From NCBI GenBank assembly GCA_942492765.1, contig OW818634.1:473159-537158 (forward strand): 64,000 nucleotides of DNA, given 5' to 3'. The notes under the pieces were generated by a model, which did no database searches, was not told the origin of the DNA, and saw only the letters and a program-made list of their open reading frames with translations. This document shows positions 54,724-64,000 of the stretch, one piece after another (within the stretch, counting starts at the first letter, position 1; every line of letters starts with the position of its first letter). The stretch is from an uncultured bacterium. Lineage in GTDB: Bacteria; Patescibacteriota; Patescibacteriia; Patescibacteriales; UBA12465. The position numbers were made by a program, and so were the translations under genes.

Positions 54724-55785
54724 TTATTTATTTTCCTTGTTCTCTTCGATCTCCTTGCTCTTGATCTCAGCTAGGATAGCCTTGCGGATTTCCGCAGCCA
54801 ATTTCTTATCATCCTTGATCATCTTCTTAGCGGTTTCACGGCCGGTGCCGAGTTTGATATCCTTGAAAGAATAGGAATTGCCGTTCTTCTTGACGACATT
54901 ATACTCGACGCCCAAATCAACCAAGTCGCCAGCGATAGAGATGCCTTCGTTATACATGATATCGAACTCGCAGGTCCGGAAAGGAGCAGCGACTTTATTC
55001 TTGACGATCTTGACCTTCACGCGATTGCCGATGATCTTGTCGCCTTGCTTGATCTGAGCGGCGCGGCGCACTTCGATACGGACAGAACAATAGAATTTCA
55101 AAGCATTGCCGCCAGTCGTCGTTTCTGGATTTCCGAAAAAGACGCCGATCTTGTTTCTTATCTGATTAATAAAGATGACGACGGTATTGGTCTTAGCGAT
55201 AACAGCCGTGAGCTTGCGTAAAGCCTGGCTCATGAGACGAGCCTGCAAACCCATATGCTGATCACCCATCTCGCCCTCGATTTCCTTCTGAGGAACTAGA
55301 GCCGCGACAGAATCAACGACGATGACATCGACCGCGTTAGAGCGGACCAGGGTCTCCACGATCTCTAGGGCTTGTTCGCCGCTATCCGGCTGGGATAACA
55401 GCATCTCTTTGACGTTAACGCCGATCTTAGCGGCATACTCCGGATCCAAGGCATGTTCCGCATCGACAAAAGCGGCAATACCGCCAGTTTTCTGCACTTC
55501 CGCAACGATATGTTGCGCTAATGTTGTCTTGCCGGAAGACTCCGGACCATAAATCTCGATGATACGACCGCGCGGCACACCGCCGACGCCAGTCGCGATA
55601 TCCAGCGATAAGCAGCCGGTAGAAATCGCATCGACATTGGTCTTCGGCGCATCACCAAATTTCATGATCGCGCCCTCGCCGAAGCGACTGCGGATCTGCT
55701 CGATTGCACTCATGGCCGCGTCATTGCGCTTATCTTTATTATCCCCCTTTTCAGAGACCATCTTCTTGTCTTTTTCTTTAGCCAT
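54724..55785 (-). CDS. recA: recombinase RecA
   Basis: [52 protein letters not shown]. Confidence 0.97.
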   Translation of the reverse strand: MAKEKDKKMVSEKGDNKDKRNDAAMSAIEQIRSRFGEGAIMKFGDAPKTNVDAISTGCLSLDIATGVGGVPRGRIIEIYGPESSGKTTLAQHIVAEVQKTGGIAAFVDAEHALDPEYAAKIGVNVKEMLLSQPDSGEQALEIVETLVRSNAVDVIVVDSVAALVPQKEIEGEMGDQHMGLQARLMSQALRKLTAVIAKTNTVVIFINQIRNKIGVFFGNPETTTGGNALKFYCSVRIEVRRAAQIKQGDKIIGNRVKVKIVKNKVAAPFRTCEFDIMYNEGISIAGDLVDLGVEYNVVKKNGNSYSFKDIKLGTGRETAKKMIKDDKKLAAEIRKAILAEIKSKEIEENKENK

Positions 55786-55868
55786 ACGTTTTATGTTATT
55801 TTTTATTAATAAATCTATCTTAGCATACTGCTCGTGACGGAAACTTAAACGAATCTTAAAATCTTTCC

Positions 55869-56327
55869 TTATTTGGCCAAGAACTTGAACGGCAAGGAGA
55901 CGATATGCTCTTCCCCGTCCTTATCTTTGAAGACTACTTCGGCGCCATCAGCATTCTGGCGCCACTCCCAAACCTTATCCAGATTAACATCCGTGGCGGC
56001 ATTTAGCTTTATGCCTCCATCCTTATCCCATTCCTCTTTTATATCAGCCCCAATCTGCTGGAAGGTGCCGGCTTCTTCGACTGCCTGGACTATCGGAGTA
56101 GTCGAAGCTTGATTCTCATAATTTTTACCCAGGCCGATATCAGCCATGCCCTGAACCGCTATCCAAACTGAATCCATGGCTACTTTCGCATTGCGCCAGA
56201 AAAAATTCTGCTCGACCCTTACCTTTTGCTCGGGATCGCCGCTATAGAGGATGGTCGCGACCGCAATCAAGGCGAAAAAGACGACAATTGTGATAATACT
56301 GCTTAAGGCGCTGAAAGGCTTGGCCAT
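55869..56327 (-). CDS. hypothetical membrane-anchored protein
   Basis: 152 aa with a single N-terminal TM helix ([17 protein letters not shown]). Confidence 0.45.
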   Translation of the reverse strand: MAKPFSALSSIITIVVFFALIAVATILYSGDPEQKVRVEQNFFWRNAKVAMDSVWIAVQGMADIGLGKNYENQASTTPIVQAVEEAGTFQQIGADIKEEWDKDGGIKLNAATDVNLDKVWEWRQNADGAEVVFKDKDGEEHIVSLPFKFLAK

Positions 56328-56339
56328 AAATTTTATCTC

Positions 56340-57590
56340 TTATAATAAAGCTTCTTGTTTCTTAAGTTCGTCTGACTCAGAAAAAATGCTTATCTTTCCA
56401 TATTCGCCGTCATACCCGGGCTTGATCATTAATCTTCCTTCTCGGACGCGTTTCAGGCCTTCAGCGATGCGCTCATCAATGTCCGCGACCTTCTTAAGGT
56501 CGGCATCAAGCAGAATAAACAATTCGTTGCCGAGCTCTTTGATCAAGTTCCGATACTGTTTCTGAACAGCAATTGAGGCTCGCCCTTTGACGCCCAGCGC
56601 CTCCGCTATAATCTTATCTAATTCCACGAGTTTTTTAAAGGGAACAGCATTTTTAGGCTTAAAACCAGCTTCCCTGTCGGCTAATTCCTCAACCCGATTG
56701 AGCACGCCGATAATAAGCGGCTTCTGGCATTTCGGGCAAAGGTTCTTATTCTTCCGGCTAACTGACGGCTCACAGCTGAAATTGCAGGCGCGATGACCGT
56801 CGAAATGATACATACCCTCTTCAGGATAGAATTCCAGAGTCATCGTCATGCCTTTCCTGTCTTTGATATTGTCATAGACCTTCTGATAGGAAATCGGCTC
56901 GGAAATCTCCATGATATTGGCTTCGCGCGCAATATTATTCGGATTATGGGCATCGGAATTAGACAAGCAGGTCAGATTATCAAGAGCCGACAAGCGCCAA
57001 TTCATTTCCGGATCGCTCGACAGGCCAGTTTCATAGGCATAAATATGCTTAGTCTGGTCTTTAAAGCATTCCTCGAGCGTGTTGAATCCGGACTTAGAAC
57101 CGAAGACGGAAAACCAAGGCGTCCAGATATGCGCGGGATAGACCAAGAAGCGCGCGTCTATCTTCATGACCAGCTTAACAAATTCCGGAGCAGAAATTCC
57201 GAGTATCGGGCGGCCGTCGGACCGGATATTAAAGCTCTTATCCAATTCCCGATTCAGGGCAGCGGCGGCTTTGAGGCTCGGCGCATGGACGACGAGATGG
57301 ATTCTCCTGACCCTGACTTCATCTTTATATATCAAGGATACTTCGGTACTAAGAATGAATTTTACCTGATCATCGGGGGCGTTTTTCAAGGCATACAGGC
57401 CGGAGCCTGAAAAAGTCTCTTTCAATTCCGAATTTATGCTCTCAAACCAGGCCGGATAAGTAAAATCTCCCGTCGCGATAATATTTACGCCCTTAATGCG
57501 GCAGGCAGCGTCAATATTCGCCAGCGTCAGCTGAGGCGAACAGGCCCGCGAATAGCGGGAATGGATATGGAGATCTAATATCTGCTGCAT
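56340..57590 (-). CDS. PHP-domain protein, endonuclease Q-like
   Basis: LDLHIHSRYSRACS PHP start, internal zinc knuckle CPKCQKPL, C-terminal PGYDGEYG; architecture as in EndoQ. Confidence 0.55.
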   Translation of the reverse strand: MQQILDLHIHSRYSRACSPQLTLANIDAACRIKGVNIIATGDFTYPAWFESINSELKETFSGSGLYALKNAPDDQVKFILSTEVSLIYKDEVRVRRIHLVVHAPSLKAAAALNRELDKSFNIRSDGRPILGISAPEFVKLVMKIDARFLVYPAHIWTPWFSVFGSKSGFNTLEECFKDQTKHIYAYETGLSSDPEMNWRLSALDNLTCLSNSDAHNPNNIAREANIMEISEPISYQKVYDNIKDRKGMTMTLEFYPEEGMYHFDGHRACNFSCEPSVSRKNKNLCPKCQKPLIIGVLNRVEELADREAGFKPKNAVPFKKLVELDKIIAEALGVKGRASIAVQKQYRNLIKELGNELFILLDADLKKVADIDERIAEGLKRVREGRLMIKPGYDGEYGKISIFSESDELKKQEALL

Positions 57591-57597
57591 ATTTTAA

Positions 57598-58335
57598 TTA
57601 CTTCAGCAAACTCTCGGCTATCTGCAGTTCTTCCAGGCTATTTATGCCCATTCCTTCTTGAGGCGGAATAGAAAAAGTCTTGACCTTGTGTCCTTCGTTA
57701 AAAGCAATCTTAACCAAATCGGTTATATAATATTCTCCCTGCTTATTTTGATTGCTCAGCGCGTCGATATGAGAGAAGAGCCATTCCTTATTGAAACAGA
57801 AGCAATTAGGATTTACTTCCGAAATCATTTTTTCATCATCCGTAGCATCTTTAAACTCGACAATTCTCTGGGCATTATCTTCTTTGTCCCGGATCACTCT
57901 TCCCCAATGATAGAAAACCGAACGCCAATCTTCAAAATTATCTAAAGCGACGGTAATCATCGATAATATTCCTTGATGTTTTAAGGGAAAGTCTCTGATA
58001 GTCTCGACTTTATAGAAAGGGTGATCGCCATTTAAGACGAAAATATCGGTAGCTCGCGGATCAATATGATTTCTGGCGCTAGCGACAGCATGGCCAGTGC
58101 CTAATTGCTGCTCTTGGATAGCATATTGGACATCATAATTTTTCAGGGCGGCAGTAATCATTTCTTTATTTTCTGGTGAAACGATTATAATCGGCTTGAG
58201 AACTGGCGCCGTTTTTGAAATAGAATCCAAAAGATAGTCTAACATTGGACGACCCTTCAGCGGAACTAATACTTTCGGCAATTCTGATTTCATGCGCGTC
58301 CCTTTGCCGGCCGCCATTATGACAATCTGCTGCAT
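57598..58335 (-). CDS. sugar-1-phosphate nucleotidyltransferase (GlmU N-terminal-domain-like)
   Basis: MAAGKGTRMKSELPKVLVPLKGRPML. 245 aa, no LbH acetyltransferase domain. Confidence 0.7.
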   Translation of the reverse strand: MQQIVIMAAGKGTRMKSELPKVLVPLKGRPMLDYLLDSISKTAPVLKPIIIVSPENKEMITAALKNYDVQYAIQEQQLGTGHAVASARNHIDPRATDIFVLNGDHPFYKVETIRDFPLKHQGILSMITVALDNFEDWRSVFYHWGRVIRDKEDNAQRIVEFKDATDDEKMISEVNPNCFCFNKEWLFSHIDALSNQNKQGEYYITDLVKIAFNEGHKVKTFSIPPQEGMGINSLEELQIAESLLK

Positions 58336-58431
58336 AAATAATTTCTAATTAAATAAGAGAAATCCAACCGGATTTCTCTTATATTTTACCATTTTTTTAT
58401 TACTCAAGCAAACAGCCTTTTTACCTTAATA

Positions 58432-59853
58432 TTACTTAATATAAGCCAAAATTTTCTCTTTAATTTCCGCCACTTTGTCAATAGCTACCTGGAGACTTCT
58501 AGCCTCAGCATAGATTCTAATAATCGGCTCGGTATTAGAGGCGCGCAGATGGACCCAAGAATCCGACCAATCGATCTTTACTCCGTCAATATCGGTAATT
58601 TTCTCCATCTTATAAGCCTCCTTCATTTTATTAAGCAGTCCTGAAAGATTTATATTCGGCGTCAGATCGATCCTGTCCTTGACCATAAAATATTCCGGAA
58701 AAACTTTCTTATATTCAGACATCTTCTGTTTTTTTTCTGCTAATGCCGAGAGGAATAAGGCGATACCTAGAAGCGCGTCGCGTCCGTAATGGAGTTCCGG
58801 AAAAATTACGCCGCCGTTCCCTTCGCCACCAATGACGGCTTTGAGCGCGCGCATCGAGGCCACGACATTAACCTCGCCGACGGCCGCCGCTTCATATTTG
58901 CCGCCATAATTTTCTGTGACATCTTCCAGGGCGCGAGAAGAAGATAAGTTCGAGACTGTCGCCTTTTCATATTTTCCAGGATTAGCAGCCTTAATCGCCT
59001 CGAAATTACGCAAAACATAGTCAGAAACAGCTACTAGCGTATATTCCTCGCCGAACATGACGCCATTTTCATCTATAAAGGCGAGGCGATCAACGTCTGG
59101 ATCGACGACGATGCCTAAATCCGCTTTTTCTGCAAAAACACGAGACTTTATCTCGACAAGATTCTCGTCTAATGGCTCCGGCTTATGGGCGAAACGCCCA
59201 GTCGGCTCGCAATTAAGCTCAATTATCTTATCAACACCTAATAATCTCAATAATTTCGGCACCATGACGCCGCCGATAGAATTTATTCCGTCGACGACGA
59301 CTTTAAAATTATGTGCGGCAATATCATCTTTCTTTACCAGAGATAATTTCAATATCTCCGCCAGGTGTTCATCGGCTACTTCTCGATTAACAGAATAAAC
59401 TCCTAATTTATCTTCGGTTTCGAAATTAAGATCATGACGCTCGGCTGATTCTAAAATTTGCTGACCGTCGGCAGCCGTCAAGAAATCTCCGGCGGCATTC
59501 AATAGTTTCAGGGCATTCCAGCCGGCCGGGTTATGCGAAGCTGTCAGGATTATTCCTCCTTGAGCTTTCAGCATAATAACACCCATCTCAACGGTCGGCG
59601 TCGTCGCCATCTCTAGGTCAACAACATCCACACCTTGGCTGATAAGCGTCCCGGACACTAAATCTCTCAGCATAGGTCCAGAGACTCGTCCGTCGCGGCC
59701 GATTACAACCCTCACTCTAGTGTTGGGATTATTTTTCTTTAAAAATAGCGCAAAAGCCGAGACGAAACGGACGGTGTCTAGCGGGGTCAGGTTGTCCCCA
59801 ACTTGTCCGCCAATAGTCCCGCGGATACCGGAGATTGATTTAATAAGAGGCAT
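58432..59853 (-). CDS. phosphohexomutase (PGM/PMM/GlmM family)
   Basis: Active-site TASHNPAGWNALK, metal loop VVDPDVDR, 473 aa. Confidence 0.8.
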   Translation of the reverse strand: MPLIKSISGIRGTIGGQVGDNLTPLDTVRFVSAFALFLKKNNPNTRVRVVIGRDGRVSGPMLRDLVSGTLISQGVDVVDLEMATTPTVEMGVIMLKAQGGIILTASHNPAGWNALKLLNAAGDFLTAADGQQILESAERHDLNFETEDKLGVYSVNREVADEHLAEILKLSLVKKDDIAAHNFKVVVDGINSIGGVMVPKLLRLLGVDKIIELNCEPTGRFAHKPEPLDENLVEIKSRVFAEKADLGIVVDPDVDRLAFIDENGVMFGEEYTLVAVSDYVLRNFEAIKAANPGKYEKATVSNLSSSRALEDVTENYGGKYEAAAVGEVNVVASMRALKAVIGGEGNGGVIFPELHYGRDALLGIALFLSALAEKKQKMSEYKKVFPEYFMVKDRIDLTPNINLSGLLNKMKEAYKMEKITDIDGVKIDWSDSWVHLRASNTEPIIRIYAEARSLQVAIDKVAEIKEKILAYIK

Positions 59854-59917
59854 AGTAGATGTAATTTAGCTTTAATAGACTACCTATATTCTATCCCCTA
59901 TTTATTAATTGCTCAAG

Positions 59918-59943
59918 AAAAAACCACCCAGTTACGGGCGGTC
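59918..59943 (-). terminator. rho-independent terminator downstream of 5S rRNA
   Basis: Minus strand ACCGCCC-gtaa-ctGGGTGGT followed by TTTTTT. A second T-run directly follows the 5S closing helix. Confidence 0.6.
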
Positions 59944-59983
59944 TTTTCGAATATTCTGTATTTTGAGTACAAAAAAACACCAT

Positions 59984-60103
59984 TGTTCTGGCGGCGACCT
60001 ACTTTCCCAGGGCTCAGGCCCAAGTATCATCGGCGCTGGAAGGCTTGACTACTGAGTTCGGGATGGGATCAGGTATGACCCTTCCGCTCAAACCACCAGA
60101 ACA
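59984..60103 (-). rRNA. rrf: 5S ribosomal RNA
   Basis: Minus strand TGTTCTGGTGGT...CCCATCCCGAACTCAGTAGTCAAG...GGGAAAGTAGGTCGCCGCCAGAACA, with canonical 5S helices and a loop A/C consensus. Confidence 0.9.
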
Positions 60104-60193
60104 ATGGTGTCTTTTATATAGTTTTATATAATTTTACCATTAGCAATTCAGTAGAGTAAAGTATCAGGAATAACCTTTATAAAATAAAAGTGT

Positions 60194-63202
<3,009 letters not shown>

Positions 63203-63330
63203 CGCTTTTATTTACAAAGCTACAAAAGCGTGTTTTTTGGCATTCCGATACAGCCCCTCGGTCTCGGACGAAAAATTTGAGACAAGGGATCCAAATGCCA
63301 ATCTTACTTTATATTTGATGTCTTTACTCT

Positions 63331-63347
63331 AACATGAATTGTTAAGG
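63331..63347 (-). promoter_or_regulatory. boxA-like antitermination element in the 23S leader
   Basis: Minus strand CCUUAACAAUUCAUGUU, compared with the E. coli rrn boxA region CUCUUUAACAAUUUAUC as I recall it. Confidence 0.45.
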
Positions 63348-63357
63348 TCCGAGGGCG

Positions 63358-63382
63358 CAAAAAAACCGCTTTCGGCGGTTCT
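63358..63382 (-). terminator. terminator-like hairpin with U8 tract inside the putative rRNA leader
   Basis: Minus strand AACCGCC-gaaa-GCGGTT followed by TTTTTTTT. Confidence 0.55.
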
Positions 63383-63489
63383 AAATAATCGCAAAATAGC
63401 TGATCATCTAGAATCGCTGTTTAACATGGTTTCTTACCGATTTACGCATATTATTTTCGGCTTTTTATGCCCTTTTAAAACTGTTAACA

Positions 63490-63517
63490 ATTATAGCCTT
63501 TCTAAAAATAATGTCAA
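63490..63517 (-). promoter_or_regulatory. consensus sigma70-like promoter facing the 23S-5S operon
   Basis: Minus strand -35 TTGACA (63517-63512), 16-nt spacer, -10 TATAAT (63495-63490). Confidence 0.6.
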
Positions 63518-63578
63518 GGGGGTAAAACCCCAGGAAAAAGGCCGAAAAAACCCCTAAAAATTACGGCCTATCCGACCA

Positions 63579-63607
63579 TTGACAAAAGTATTTTTTTGTT
63601 CTATTAT
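63579..63607 (+). promoter_or_regulatory. sigma70-like promoter of ndk, divergent from the rRNA promoter
   Basis: -35 TTGACA 63579-63584, 17-nt spacer, -10 TATTAT 63602-63607. Confidence 0.55.
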
Positions 63608-63685
63608 TCAAAGATTGAAATCAGTTGATTTTAATGAAAATAAAGACAATATACTATTCTTTCACAACTTAAAAATTAATAAGCG

Positions 63686-64000
63686 ATGAACAAGGAAAGG
63701 TCTTTTACGATGATTGGACCCGGCCCCGTCAAACGCGGGGATATCGGGAAGATTATTACTAGGCTGGAATTAGCCGGATTAACGTTAGTACTAATGAAAA
63801 AAATCCTGGCTTCTAGGGCCCAATTAGAACTTCATTATCAAAAAGATAATGACTGGTATGAAAAAAAAGGCGAAAGAGCAATCAGGGAAAGATTGGCAGA
63901 TAAATTGCCAATAGAAAAAACGGCTATCGAATATGGCCGAGACATAATTGAGGGGAAAATAGGCCACATGCTATCCGGACCGATCATCATCATGGTCTGG
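63686..64000 (+). CDS. ndk: nucleoside diphosphate kinase-like protein, N-terminal fragment (runs off the window end)
   Basis: Own translation MNKERSFTMIGPGPVKRGDIGKIITRLELAGLTLVLMKK...HYQ...MLSGPIIIMVW follows the NDK pattern ERTFxMIKPDxV...GxIIxRFExxG...HY...SGPVxAMVW, with an insertion. Confidence 0.65.
   Translation, partial: MNKERSFTMIGPGPVKRGDIGKIITRLELAGLTLVLMKKILASRAQLELHYQKDNDWYEKKGERAIRERLADKLPIEKTAIEYGRDIIEGKIGHMLSGPIIIMVW

Noticed and set aside
63339-63557. 72-aa plus-strand ORF between 23S and ndk.
   Set aside because: It spans the minus-strand promoter, the leader hairpin and the boxA-like element. It has no SD and an odd composition, so the region is more parsimoniously regulatory.

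Overview
Gene-dense 64-kb chromosomal segment that looks like a small-genome Patescibacteria/CPR-type bacterium. That placement is an inference from several features: short intergenic spacers, archaeal-flavoured enzymes (GH57, EndoQ-like, archaeal-type UMP kinase), charged tails on ribosomal proteins, a 23S-5S operon with no 16S upstream, and a group I intron next to a LAGLIDADG-like gene. The standard genetic code applies, since TGA is used as a stop. Housekeeping content: rpoB N-terminus, MurE-like/MurD/MurI/Ddl cell-wall genes, ftsK, a glycogen-type cluster (glgA, GH57, kinase, pyruvyl transferase), ruvC, yebC, polA, holA, rpsT, rpsO-NYN-pnp, rpsP-KH-trmD, nrnA-like, rbfA, infB, rny, hup, adk, recA, a phosphohexomutase and a GlmU-like nucleotidyltransferase, eight tRNAs, 5S and 23S rRNA, and an ndk fragment. 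There are two accessory highlights. (1) An approximately 11-kb, visibly AT-richer integrated element directly 3' of tRNA-Ala (about 15.2-26.4 kb). It carries a large serine recombinase whose ORF reads into the tRNA antisense, two tiny paralogous ORFs, an HUH rolling-circle Rep with an origin-like hairpin spacer, an XRE/ImmA/ORF224 operon, a GIY-YIG ORF, a Type III mod-res operon with a HEPN-like ORF wedged between mod and res, and a divergently transcribed membrane-anchored PD-(D/E)xK-like ORF driven from a mirrored promoter. (2) A tRNA cluster (35.6-37.0 kb) in which tRNA-Phe(GAA) is split by a 242-nt Azoarcus-like group I intron, followed by a free-standing HTH+LAGLIDADG-like gene that abuts tRNA-Pro. 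Smaller observations: an orphan promoter-to-terminator unit between ddl and polA, a three-member family of unknown paralogs, an attenuator-like leader before a 71-aa ORF, and an unusual leader on the unlinked 23S-5S operon. No CRISPR array was seen. All calls come from reading the sequence and ORF translations; no database search was possible.
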